The notes beneath the pieces were generated by a model that was not told the DNA's origin, did no database searches, and saw nothing but the letters and a program-made list of their open reading frames with translations. A stretch of DNA of 64,000 nucleotides, from contig CM126228.1 in assembly GCA_052327205.1 (NCBI GenBank), forward strand, positions 8,370,001-8,434,000, in the 5' to 3' direction. The position numbers were made by a program, and so were the translations under genes. This stretch comes from Somniosus microcephalus (taxonomy: Eukaryota). Below, in pieces: positions 1-12,439 of the stretch. Position 1 is the first letter of the stretch. Each line of letters opens with the position of its first letter.

Positions 1-17
1 GTAGAGAAAATAAACCT

Positions 18-495
18 GAAAAAAAGAACTTGCATTTATATAGCGCCTTTCATGACCTCAGGATGTACCAAAGCGCTTTACAGCCAATCAAGTACTTTTG
101 AAGTCTAGTCACTGTTGTAATGTAGGAAATGCAGCAGCCAATTTGCACACAGCAAGCTCCCACAAACAGCATTGTGATAATGAAATTAAAACAGAAAATG
201 CTGGAAACACTCAGCAGGTCAAACAGCATCTGTGGCGAGAGAAACAGAGTTAACGTTTCAGGTCGATGAAACTTTCATCAGAACTGAATTCAGATTTCCA
301 GTATCCACAGCAGTTTGCTTTTGTTTTAGCAACGTGATAATGACCAGATAATCTGTTTTTTAGTGACGTTGGTTGAGGGATAAATATTGGCCAGGACACC
401 AGAGAGAACTCCCCTGCTCTTCTTCGAAATAGTGCCATAGATCTTTTAAATCCACCTGAGAGGGCAGACGGGGCCTCGATTTAACATCTCGTCTA
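18..495 (-). mobile_element. Deu-domain SINE (SacSINE1-like), 5'-truncated, interrupted at 184-327
   Basis: Reverse complement of the 3' two-thirds of the full copy at 20056-20523. Confidence 0.85.
184..327 (-). mobile_element. Short Penelope-like insertion with degenerate hammerhead core, nested in a Deu-SINE
   Basis: Near-direct repeat AGCA(TT/AC)GTGATAATGA at 168-183 and 328-343. Minus strand of 248-285 reads AGTT-CTGATGA-..-GAAAC-GTT-AACT. The 3' tail is in the opposite orientation. Confidence 0.75.
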
Positions 496-1454
496 TAAGA
501 GAAGTCGTTACGTCTTTCATATACATCAGGGCAGCAGCACAAGGGGGTTGTGAAGAACATATTCTTTGCAGCTAGAACGAGCCACCAGGTAGGGTGGTTG
601 AGGGTAGGACACTGGAGTCATTTAAGAAACAGCCAGCCTTTATAATAGGAAGACACTAGGGTAGATATTCTGGAAGGATGAAATCAAAGGGTTGAAGGAT
701 TTTCTTCATCTGAACCTACTTTATGATCACTCAGTCACACAGTAAGTCATTGCACCAACCCATGGGGGCCACACGGGGTATTCATTTTAAATTAAACTTT
801 AAGAATGCTAATATTCTCTGTAATAACTGCAATAGTGTAATGGAATTTTTATGCAATAGATCATATTGTATCTAACTGGAAATCTCCAACAGAAAGATAA
901 TGCTATTTACTGCTGTGCAGACAGTAATGTGGTCAGAGTGGAAATTAGTGCATCTTTGAATGATTTTGTATGGTTTCACAGTCTACTAATAAAGTGCTGT
1001 CACATTTAGTGTGATAAAGAGTTGAATCAGCCCCAGTCAATTTCCTGAATTATTTTGAATCATCCCAGGGTTAGTTTCTCATACAATCGTACTATTAAAT
1101 ATTTCCCCTGATCTGCCTTGCTATTTTGGTGCAGAGGGGAGTGTTTGGCTTTGTCGAGGTCTTTGATTTAACAAATCCATTGTTTCCATGCAATGGCCAG
1201 TTACGCGACCATTTTGCACATCAGTACAAAGCAATTGTGGTTGGAACAAAACGGATACAAAGCTTAAGAGCCAGATCATTCATTGGATGTATTGTCTTCA
1301 CTCGTTGCTTCCCCACAGCGGCAAGGCTGAGATCAGGAACTCAGTGGAGCTGGGGAGATGGTAGTGATGAGATCACATCTTACCGCTCCAGTGCACCACA
1401 CCATCACTCTGCTTAGTTGCCCTTACTCTTTGTGATATATTGTATTTCCTTCAA

Positions 1455-1822
1455 TTTCCTCCCCACCTCTCCTGACTTATGATTGATACCTTGCCCAAGT
1501 GGCCATTCTTCACTGATGAGCCTAGACAATGAGTGTTGGCAATGTAGTTGACTATGGAGGGTATCACAGCCAAGCTTGGTCCTGTCCACGTTCACACACG
1601 AGCGCTTTCCTGCGGGGATCACCGGATGGCAGCCAGCAGCGAGAGCACTTGGCTGATTTATATTTCTCCCTAGTCCAAGTGAATTGAAGCCAACTGTAGT
1701 GTCCCAAAAGCTGCCCTGCCTGAGATTAGCAAACACAGCACAGCCAGGCTATCAAGCCAAGAACCTTCATGGTTGATGTGGCTCAGTGGATGGTCCATTT
1801 ACCAACTGGGTGCCATTTGGGA
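1455..1822 (-). mobile_element. Ancient tRNA-type SINE (MamSINE1-like), most complete copy
   Basis: Diverged homologs at ~5560-5875, 9960-10190, 13040-13345, 39555-39835, 46300-46460, 51440-51710, 53070-53780 and 60820-60965. Family name from memory. Confidence 0.55.
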
Positions 1823-2084
1823 ACAGTGTGATCTTTATCGCCCATCGGGACAGACAGGAAAGATCTTGGTTCAACCTTTTCTCTGAAGGTTAGTTCCTTT
1901 AGCCCACTGCCTGTGAAGTGAAGAAGGATGAGGATTCCATGGGTGTACCTCACCCTGGTGTATTGAGGGATTTAAGCAAATTGGGGACTTGACCCATCTA
2001 AAAAAAAATCATTGTCAAATAAATTCTACATTATTCATTAGGTACAGAAAATCTATTTCTGCCATAAATAAATTACACCCAATT

Positions 2085-2490
2085 CCAGATTGATTGGCAC
2101 CCCATCCACCACCTTAAACATTTACTCCCTTCACCACCAGCACACCGTGGCTGCAGTGTGTACCATCTAGAAGCTGCAGTGCAGCAACTCGCCAAGGCTT
2201 CTTCGACAGCACCTCCCAAACCCGCAACTTCGAAGGACAAGGGCAGCAGGCGCTTGGGAACACAAGTTCCCCTCCAAGTCACACACCATCCTGACTGGTC
2301 ACCGTTCCTTCATCGTCGCTGGGTCATGGTCCTGGAACTCCCTCCCTAACAGCACTGTGGGAGTACCTTCACCACACGGACTGCAGTGGTTCAAGAAGGC
2401 GGCTCACCACCACCTTCTCAAGGGCAATTGGGGATGGGCAATAAATGCTGGCCTTGCCAGCGACGCCAACATCCCACAAATTAATACATT
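2085..2490 (+). mobile_element. CR1-group LINE 3' fragment
   Basis: Begins ttgattggcaccccatccaccacc (LIGTPSTT), homologous to 51085-51425; ends in an A/T-rich tail. Confidence 0.75.
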
Positions 2491-2824
2491 TTTTAAAAGG
2501 GTAAAGTCAGAGCTTTGAATGAAATATTTCCACCTGTCAAACCACCCCTTATTCACTCCCATTCTATGGAGTTCCCATACCAACCAGAAAATATCCCAAT
2601 TGTTCCCATTTTTAATAATCGGGTACATGTTAATCAGACCACTGCAAAATTTCAGATGGAATATGGGCACTTTTGTTCATTTGTGTTTTCTCCAACTTGT
2701 CTCCCTTTTTCTCCTTCCCTCTCCTGAAAGCAGTGACTCACACTGGGGTTCAGTCCCACTGGTAGTGCCAACCTTCCTGTCCCTCATCCAAATGTCCATT
2801 CTTTGCATTTAATATTAGACAGTT

Positions 2825-3375
2825 AGTGCTGATAGGCTATACTATGAGTACAGTGCACAGTTTTGGGGCATCCCGTTATAGAATGGACATCAAGGCCATA
2901 GAGAGTGTACAGCATGTCTTCACCAGGGCGATAGCAGGACTGGAAAACTACAGTTACAAGGAGAGACTTCATATGCTGGGGCTATTTCCATTGCAGCAGA
3001 GAAGGCTAAGAGAAGATAATTTTAGAATGTTTTTTAAAATTATGAAGGTTTTTTAACAGAGTGAGTAGGGAAAGACCATTTCCTCTGGTTGGGAAGTCAG
3101 TGACTGGAGGTTATCAATTTAAAATCATCACTGAGAGTGAGGAGAGAGATTTGGAGAAGTTTCTATATGCAGCAGATTGTTAAAAATGGAATGCTTCGCC
3201 ACAGAGAATAGTTGAGGCCGAGACCATTGCAGCTCTTAAGGGAAAAGTAGATAAATATTTGATGCAGAGCTATAAAGGTATGGGGCGAGAGCAGGGCAGT
3301 GGGATTAGTTTTGGTTTTCTGTAGCGAAGAGCCAGAACAGATTGCAATGGGCCAAATGGCCTCCTTATGTGCTGT
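2825..3375 (+). mobile_element. Old CR1 LINE 3' fragment
   Basis: DIKAIESVQHVFTRAIAGLENYSYKERLHMLGLF, the CR1 ORF2 C-terminus. Confidence 0.85.
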
Positions 3376-3871
3376 AAACACCCATGGTTCTATGGGGAGG
3401 GGATCACAGGCAAACCAATTCCTGTCCCTGTCCGACAGCCACAGATATGCACTTTCCAGCAAGGGGCACTGGATAACAAGCAAGAGCGGGAATTCTGGTT
3501 GATTTTCTACTTCCTAGCCCAAGGACACAGAAAGCAGTTGGCGGTTGCAAATTTGCACTTTCTGCAGTTAATAAAACACAGTGGCAATCTTTCCCGCAAA
3601 ATAAATAAAACACAAGTAAGTTAATTATTATGGGGCAGAGTTGACTATAAAAAGCCAACTGGCAATTTTCTCAACATTAAACATCTGTACTAGATTTGAA
3701 GAAGGACTTCCTCTCACTCTCTTAGACAAATAATCTGTCACATATGAAACTTCTGGAATTCATTAACTGTGATGTAATCATAGAGTACTTTATGATTTTT
3801 AAGCAATGTATTATTTTTGTAATCTGGCTACAGTGATTATATTTTATAGTTAATTGAATGGAATTGTGAAA

Positions 3872-4607
3872 GCAACAACTTGCATTTATATAGCAACTTT
3901 AATGTAGTGAAATGTCCCAAGATGCTTCACAGGAGCGATTATCAAACAGAATTTGGTACTAAGCCATGTAAGGAGATATTAGGACAGGTGACCAAATGCT
4001 TGGTCAAAGAGGTAGATTTTAAGGAGCGTCTTACAGGAGGAGAGAGAGGCGGAGAGGTTTAGGGAGGGAATTCCAGAGCTTAGGGCCCAGGCAGCAGAAG
4101 CCACGGCCACCAATGGTGGAGCGAAGAAAATCAGGGATGCACAAGAGGTCAGAATTGGAGGAGCGCAGAGTTCTCTGATAGTTGTGGGGCTGGAGGAGGT
4201 TACAGAGATAGGGAGGGGGCGAGGCAATGGAGGGATTTGAAAACAAGGATGCGAATTTTAAAATCGAGGCATTGCCGGAGTGGGAGTCAATGTAGGTCAG
4301 CGAGCACAGGGGTGATGGGTGAACGGGACTGGGTGCAAGTTAGGACACGGGGCAGTGAGCACAGGGGGTGAGGGGTGAATGGGACTTGGTGCGAGTTCGG
4401 ACACGGGCAGCAGAGTTTTGGATGAGCTCAAGTTTACAAAGGGTGCGAGCTGGGAGGCCGGCCAGGAGAGTGCTGGAATAGTCGAGTCTGGAGGTAACAA
4501 AGACAATGTTACGGAGGTAGCCGGTCCTAGTGATGGAGAGAATGTGAAGTCGGAAGCTCAGCTCAGGGTCAAATAGGATGCCAAGGTTGCGAACAGTCTT
4601 GTTCAAA
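3872..4607 (-). mobile_element. L2 LINE 3' fragment
   Basis: VRNLGILFDPELSF..SRLDYSSTLLAGLP..LELIQNSAARV and TIGGRGFCCLGPKLWNSLP; contains an internal ~55-bp tandem duplication at ~4296-4410. Confidence 0.88.
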
Positions 4608-5875
4608 CATGGCATCAGTGGAAATTACGCGCTACATAAGGTTTACTAAGAAAAGCTATCTTCTGCATGTATATGGTGAGGAGATGGTCCATGGACAGCA
4701 ACTTGCCATGATGCTCCAGAAAATGAATGTGCAGCACACAGGGCCAGCTCAAAGCGCTGACTCCACACTACTTTCTGTTAATCTGCTTTCTTCCCTTAAA
4801 GGCAAAGGACAAGAGCAATTAAAATAATTTGCTATTAATAACTCCTTAATTAAAAAGATGAACAATCTATACTGCTATTACATGGTAAAAGGGAAAATGT
4901 TCATCGTTGTATAGCTTTGTGGAAAATCTCTAAACATCACTTGAAGCTACAGTTGGAAGAGGCAATATTTCATTGATCTTCCACATGGACACCCTCTGAA
5001 TAAAGTGGCACATCGACTACAGTGCTACCTGAGGCTGACCCAGCCATCTCAACCATCAAGCCAGTCATCACAAGACTCCAAACAGTGCTGGCTTTTGCCA
5101 TCCCTGTACTGCCCATGTGAGGGTGGAGAATTATAGAGAGATCGTCAATGAAGGAACCATCCAACTAACCCACTGCCAGCTGCAATATATGATGCAAGGA
5201 TACAATATCCCATTGTTGCCAAGCAAAGCAAATATGCACAGAATCCAATTGCTGTTTGGCGGGTGGGCACTTCTTGTCATCTACTGTCTGGAATTATGAG
5301 TTGGCGGAATTGAAGCAGCAGACCGATAGGATGCTCCTTCTTGTTTTCCAGGTATAAGCAAGTTGGCAGCTTCATTTTATGAGGTAGTCATGTGGAGGAT
5401 CCTGCAAATGCTATGCCATCTGTTGCACTTTCTGTTCTGTTATCTTATGCCTCTGCGTGGTAGGTGACATTCAAGGATATCAATGGTGTCCATCCAATCC
5501 TTTTCCTCCTTGTCTTTGTTTTCCCCTGCCCCCAGTTTTGTCCTCTATTCTGCATTCCTCTCTTGAAGACACCAACTCATGGTGGGGTAAGGCTCCATAG
5601 GTGCAGGATACCCTCCACTACTGCACCCAATGACCAGACCTGACAGTGTCGGCGGAATAGTTTACCACGAGGTGCATCACAGCCAAACCTCATTCTCATT
5701 GGACATCTGCAAACCTGCACACTCCAGCAGAATTCACTGGATTAGCATTAAGTGGGGACCTGGCTGATCTTCCCCATCCATAGCCCAAGAGTGCTGAGGC
5801 CAACTGAGCACCTCAACAGCGGAGATCGGCTAACTTAGCTCAGACCAGGGGCTGAACCTAAGGCCTTTTGGGTTT

Positions 5876-6199
5876 ATGCCTTCAAGAAGGAGTTGGACTG
5901 GTTCTTGACTGGGGCATCATATAGAAAGTAAGTGTCTTTATAAATAACACTGGGTCTGTGTGATCTCCTGGACTGGTTTCCATCGCCTGAGGGGGTTGGA
6001 GAGGAATTCTCCAGAGTATTTTTTCCCTTATTGGCCTTGGGTTTTTTCTCTGCTTTTTTGCCTCTCCCAGGAGATGACATGGCTGCGGGGGAGGGAGGAA
6101 GTGTTTAGTCATGATGCTCTGGCCATCGTGGTGTGGGACAGGCTTGACAGACCAGCTGGTCTTTTCCTGCCCATCAATTTTGTATGTTCATAAGTATGT
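5876..6199 (+). mobile_element. CR1-type 3' end with long UTR, inserted in the ancient SINE
   Basis: Starts with FKKELDWFL; ends in a tatg/tatgt microsatellite tail. Confidence 0.65.
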
Positions 6200-7121
6200 G
6201 GGTCAACATCACACTGAGTGGTGCTTTCAGCCACTGGGTTATCAGGAAAGTTTTCTCTTCATATTAATCCCCAGCCTTGGAGAGTCAAGGAGATCTTGTT
6301 CTGTTGTATGCAGTCTTGGCGAATCACCCACTTAAATATAGAAGTATGATTTATGGATGCATGAACTTTCATTTTTAATCATCGGCGTAGATATATTTAA
6401 ATATGGCTAAGTAAGGCATTAAAATATATGTTGGCTTACAAACATTTTTGAAATGCAGATAAAAGTGGACAGAGGACATTTTGATTTTGTATGCTTTGTA
6501 ATGCATTGTAACCAGCCGCATTTTGGGGCTGACATTTTATGTTCATAAAAATAACTTACCAAAATCAGTGATGCTCTCATTAATTTCAAAGCCTTGACTT
6601 GTCTCAAAAGAGTCCATGGGAAAAAAAGTTCTGTCACTTTATCCTCTGGAGGTATGAAAGTATCATCTGGCATCTCAGTAAGTGTGGTACTTTGTCATCC
6701 TGACCTTGTTTAATTTTGTTTCCGACATCCTACCAAATTCTCTAGCCGCAAGAGACTACCCTTCAATCGCTCAGCTGCCTCTTCCTAGGGTTTGGTGGAT
6801 GTGTTGTGGTCCCACAGATATAGCCTGACCTCCGCAGTGCCTCCTCCATGACCCCTGTGTACATCTCCAATTCCTCAGTGTCTTAGGGAAGTGTAGAGTT
6901 TTCCCCATTGTTTCCCAGTTTCTCCCTTTCTCTCTTCTTATTGGGCAACAATCCCATGAACACTGGCCACCTTCTACTACCTTGGAAAAGCAACCATTCA
7001 TCATGTCCATGCCTAGACAGTGAGGCCTAGATTTTCTGTCCCTGGCTGGAGCCGAACAATGGGCAGATGTCCTACCCTGCTGGAACTCGCCCACCTAGCC
7101 CCCAACACAGTTTTGGATGGA

Positions 7122-7319
7122 ATAAAAACAGAAAATGCTTGAAATACTCAGCAGGTCAGGCAGCATCTGTAGAGAGAGAAACAGAGATGACGAAGGATCA
7201 TCGACCTGAAACGTTAACTCTGATTCTCTCTCTACAGATGCTGCCTGACCTGCTGAATATTTCCAGCATTTTCTGTTTTTATTTCAGATTTCCAACATCC
7301 GCAGTATTTTGCTTTTGTA
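7122..7319 (+). mobile_element. Short Penelope-like insertion with 5' inversion (fold-back)
   Basis: 15-bp TSD ACAGTTTTGG(A/G)TGGA at 7107-7121 and 7320-7334; ~66-bp inverted arms 7121-7186 / 7218-7283 around TGACGA..GACCTGAAACGTTAAC. Confidence 0.8.
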
Positions 7320-7699
7320 ACAGTTTTGGGTGGACTGGGCCAGCGGCACAGGAGCGCTTGCCAAAAAACAGGTGAGCACTTTGTTTAAATAATAAATTGG
7401 GGGCTTATCAGTCCCATGCATCACTTTCCACCATTCTGCTGGGCAGGACCTCAGACATCAGAATGTGACATGGGTGCAAAGAGTTGCTAGGCAGCAGTAA
7501 GTATAAGGGATGTCATGAAAAGGACACGGTAATATATAAGCAAGCGTATTTAAAATAATTTCTTAACCCTTTTTCTTCATACAATGTTTTTGCTTCTTTC
7601 CTGTTGGCACTTAGGTTCTCGTGAGCCTTTGTGCCAATTATTGTTTTTTTTGTCTCAGCACCATTACTAACACCAATGGGTTTCCCAGTGGGAATCCCC

Positions 7700-8060
7700 T
7701 TATCTGAGGCATTTGGAAGAATGGAAGAACCTTTGGAGGGTTCCCAGGCATGAGAGATGCTCTGTACCCACCCACCAACACCTGCAGACAGAGATGCGCA
7801 TACCTTGCTTTGCTAGCCATTTATTGCACATGGTGGCTCCTCTTCCCAAAGGAAGCTGGGAAAACAGACCCGATGGCACCTCTAAGAAATGTGAAGGCTG
7901 GATTGACCATAATGCTTCCTCTGAAGCACCCCAGTCTCATGTATGTCATGCTTTCAATGGCGCTGCATGAAAGAATGCTTGCCAGGGTGATCAAGAGCCA
8001 GAGTAGCGTGAGTGGCGACCAAGACATCTTCGACCATATCTGCAGCCCTTGGCACACCTA
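7700..8060 (+). pseudogene. Possible decayed PIF/Harbinger transposase fragment
   Basis: Frame-shifted peptides GGFPGMRDAL..T, MLPLKHP, FNGA, ARVIK resemble HARBI1-type GFPGV.GAID.TH and LMTPL..P..YN.AH...R.VIE motifs. Confidence 0.35.
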
Positions 8061-8936
8061 ACTAGCAATGACCTTAAGGAATTGTCCTCTCAGGTCCTGG
8101 GTCACCAGAGAGACAAATGGAGAGGCACCTGTGACTTCCATGCAGTGCTCACCTATGAGGTTGGTGTGATGGAGTGGCACAGGGGGCCACCATTCTTGTA
8201 ACTACTTCATGCATCACCACCCTCATTTCAGCAGTCATCAAACAAAGGGGGTTCTGGGCTGTTTCCATCACTCGTCGACCCAACCCATCCCTGCACCTTT
8301 GGTTTCCCTTCTCTTTATTGTTGTCTGTCTCTTCCTAGTGCTTTGCCTCCTCAGGCTTGGCAAGAGCTGCTAAACTATTGAGATGCCTTTGAGGCTCTTC
8401 AAAGGTTTTCATAATTTTGTCACCCTATTGTGGCATTCGCATTTAATTGTTCCCATGCCTTTAAATTTCAGTTCCATGCAATACTTCACTCTCTAGTCCT
8501 GCCCAAATCGGCACTTGAAGTTATTGCTAACAATCAGACCACAGAAAGTAACACCATTCCATTTGAGTCTCTCCAAAACCCACCAATAGCTGTTCCAGTC
8601 TAAACTACACTAAAAGCTTGAATGCTGCAGGTAATTTCATCATTGGAGATGTCAGTACCTGTCCTCATCTGATTCCTCCCCCACCCCACCCCCACACACA
8701 TCCACATCTTCTAACAGGGGTCATTGGATAGCAATCAAGAGCCGGAACTCTAGATGGAGTCAAGCTGAACACTCCAATTGCTGCTCATACTCGGCACACA
8801 CTACAAGTTGAACCAAGCAACTTCCAGGTCTGTATGGGTCAGTTACATTCTACCTTCACAAAATGAACCATCAGGAGGGACTGCAATATAGTATTCTAAC
8901 ATTAGGATGGTCATTACCTTAATGCCCACAGGGAAA

Positions 8937-9263
8937 AGAAAGAAAGACTTGCATTTATATAGCATCTTGCATGACCACCGGATGTCCCAAAGCACTTTAC
9001 AGTCAATGAAGTACTTTTTTGAAGTGTAGTTACTGTTGTAATGTAGGAAACGCGGCAGCCAATTTGCGTACACCAAGCTCCCCCAAACAGCAATGTGATA
9101 ATGCCCAGATAATCTGTCTTAGTGATGTTGATTGAGGGATAAATATTGGCCCAAGACACCAGGGATAACTCCCCCTGCTCTTCTTCGAAATAGTGCCATA
9201 GGATCTTTTACACCCACCAGAGAAGGCAGGCGGAGTCCCCGGTTTAACGTCACATCCGAAAGA
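8937..9263 (-). mobile_element. Deu-domain SINE, 5'-truncated
   Basis: Homologous to 20056-20523. Confidence 0.85.
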
Positions 9264-9469
9264 TTCATTGTGTGAGATTTCCTTCTGCTGATCATGCTGT
9301 TTTTGCAGCAATGGGATAAATAGAGGGTTATAGGTTGGGGAACCACTGAAGAAAAACAAATGCATATTTCACCAGTGGTCAGGCCACACATCCCACAAGT
9401 AGCAAAGTCACTCTTGGCTTGAGACTCTTTGTTGATCACTGTAGAGTGTTCCACAGTTCTCCACTGCAT

Positions 9470-9812
9470 TTCATAGAACACAGAAGGAGGCCATTCTAAG
9501 AACCATCCAATTAGTCCCATTCCTCCTTGCTCTTTCCCTATAGCCCTGCAAATGTTTCCTTTTCAGGTAATATGTCCAATTCCCTTTTGAAAGTTACTGC
9601 TTCCACCGTCCTTTCATAAGAACTTAAGTAATAAGAGCAGGAGTAGGCCATACAGCCCCTTAGGCGGTGCATTCCAGATCACAACAACTCGCTGTGTAAA
9701 AATAATTCTCCTCATCTCCCCTCTGGTTCTTTTGCCAATTACCTTAAATATGTGCCCTCTGGTTAGCGACCCTCCTGCCAGCTTCTTCTTATTTAATCTA
9801 TCAAACCCGTTC
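9470..9812 (-). mobile_element. CR1 3' fragment
   Basis: TRGHIFKVIGKRTRGEMRRIIFTQRVVVIWNAP. Confidence 0.8.
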
Positions 9813-10219
9813 ATTTCTTGGGAGTTGTATCACATGGTGAAAACCACCACTTTCAAACATTTTCTACAGTAACCACAATTATTCGGCGAACTTTATATGC
9901 CAAACACAGGCATGCAATTCATCTCAAAATACGTCATTGCATTCTGAAAATGTTACACTGTCCCTGAGCTGGACAGGGTGGGGGAGGATGGGCCGAATCC
10001 GCCAGGTTTCCTCCTCCTGATTACTATCCAGTGATCACTGCCTTAAAGTAGGCGCATCAAGTGAGGACAGGATTAGGTTCAGCTATGAAGCCCTCCACAG
10101 TCAGTGGTCTGCCGTCACATATACAGAAAGGGCATTTGTGTAACCCATCCCAGCAAGAGTCAGCACCTCGGGGAACGGAAAGGGAGCTAGGAGGCATGGG
10201 TAAGCTCATTAGAACTCAA

Positions 10220-10306
10220 AGGGTTTGACCCGAAACGTTGACTCTTTTTTCTCTCCACGGATGTTGCCTGGCCTGCTGAGTTTTTCCAGCATTTCCTGTT
10301 GTTTTT
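10220..10306 (+). mobile_element. 87-bp Penelope-like 3' fragment
   Basis: Perfect 14-bp TSD TCATTAGAACTCAA (10206-10219, 10307-10320); begins at hammerhead stem II (AGGGTTTGACCCGAAACGTTGACT). Confidence 0.8.
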
Positions 10307-12439
10307 TCATTAGAACTCAAGCTGTGATCTGAATCACGGCCCCTACCCAGTCTTGAGCAACCCTAAGCCAGTGGGGCACGGAGGTTTACCCGTTACTGCC
10401 TTCATTAGTTCGGGCTGATGGGATGGGGTCAGGCAAACCCAATGCCACCGGGACATCTATTAGCACCCTCTAGGAGGGTTCTACTGAGAAAGTTGGACAG
10501 TCCATCCAACTAACAATGCATGCGATTACAGCATAATCCAGAAGATTTGGCGCAATAAAACAATCGAGATCCTGCTTTGATCAAAACAGGTGGGCACCGA
10601 GATCCAGACACAGGCGAGCAGTTGGAGAGACCCTCTCTGGTGATCTTACAGGGCAGATTTCGCTAGTTCCATTAGCAGAGCCACCAGGAGCTTTCCCCCG
10701 TCTGCTTGCCCTGCTGGTGGTGTCGATGACTTTTATGGTGCTGCTCTTGTAGAATCTGACTCTATTTGGATTCCAAGTCTAATTATATGGAGTGAATGCT
10801 GAGGTACACTGTGAGACTGCCAGGAGCGTACAATTAGTCCCCCTCTGCCTTTACCTTCGGGCCCTGTAACACACCCACAGACACTTCTGCAACCCTTTCG
10901 GCAATATTTCAGCAGCCTTCAAAAGCAGTCAGTGTATTACTTACATCACAGAAGCACCCACAGAGCATTAGACAGATTGCACGTTAAGGTACTTGCTGCC
11001 ACACTCCAGCCTCGCACCTCAGAAACCATTTGCTTTGCGTGTTCTAAAGTGAAATTCAACCTGCAGCGAGTGTCCCATGATATAGCATTAAATGAATTGC
11101 AGATCATTGTTAGCCAAGGTCCAGTACCTTTATAACAAGAGCTGGTGTGAGAGAGCTGAGAACTGCATAACCAGATTGGCATGTGGCAACCCTCGTTTAG
11201 TTAACCAACGTTATTTTTCCAAATTGATGTCAACGTCTAGATTCCTGCGAATTAACGTTCTTTAATTATTGGCTTCAGTCGCCTTTGATAATGGTCCTTA
11301 GATTTTATTAAAAGATATGTGTCATTTCATCCATTTAAATTTGTTTACCCTATCTTTTTAGGTCTCCGTTCCCAAAACACCAACTTCCATCCCCCAGCCA
11401 GGTGTTAGGCAGGTGATGTACCATTTTTCGGCATAAACAGGGTGGTAGTGAGATGGAAATCACCCGCATAGAATCAATGCTCCATGCGTGGTATCTCTTC
11501 CAGCGGCCGCTTAGAGGGTGTATTAGTCTGCCCTGGCGCCTCTTACCCCGCATGAGCCACCCCTACTTTCCTGTTCAGTCCCCACACCCTTTACCAAAAG
11601 TCAACTGCTGCTCTATATCCACCGGAGCTGAGATCAGCACAGCCCGGAGATCAAACCAGGGAGGGGCCTTCCTGGCCTGTGCTCAGCACCGCACAAGGTG
11701 CTACCTTTACCTCCTGGGCTATCAGGGAGCTTAGCAGCCAAGTTCAGAGAACACATTTCGGAATTCTCCTAACTTACTAATGGTTGCATGGAAACTTTCC
11801 CAGTGTGTTTGATGCAGGAATTGAGGGCCTGGAGCTGATTAAAGCACATTCATTATAACCACCATAATCATTACTCTCAGCTGGTCCCACTAAATTCTAA
11901 AAAGAAAAGAGAAAACAAAAGAAGACGGCGGGTAATTCAAGGATAACAACACAGCATGTATATTGTTTCTAGTCTTTGAGAACGTTGTAATAAACATTTC
12001 AGCTGGCAACTGAATCTCAATCTGTGCCGAATTATATGATCTTAACTGTGACAGAGGTAGGGATGCTGCAATTGCCCCCCTCATAGCCTTCCCAAGGTTA
12101 TGGAGAAGACATTTTCTGGTGTTCCCAATCCTGATCGCTTCCTGTTTTAAAGTGCATGTGGGTGCACTTTGATCGAGGAGAGGATTGGGCTTGGCGGTGA
12201 TGCCTCTGCAGCCGAATAGTCTGCCAGCACAGACTGGCTACCCACCCATGCTTGAAGAGTGGCCACTTGGATAAGATAACCCGATGGTGACCTGTGACCC
12301 CGAAAACAGGGGAAGAGATCAAAAAGGGGAGAAAAAAACTGGTAAAATAACAGAGCCATGAGCATGACAGAAAAGCTTTGCCCAATTGACAGAAGCACTT
12401 TGATTGTCCACCTACTTAAACCGATATCATGTGGGATGT

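Noticed and set aside
780-1020. AATAAA at ~988 as the 3' end of the expected upstream neighbour MAP2K5
   Set aside because: No MAP2K5 (or downstream PIAS1) coding exon is recognisable in the window; a hexamer alone is insufficient.
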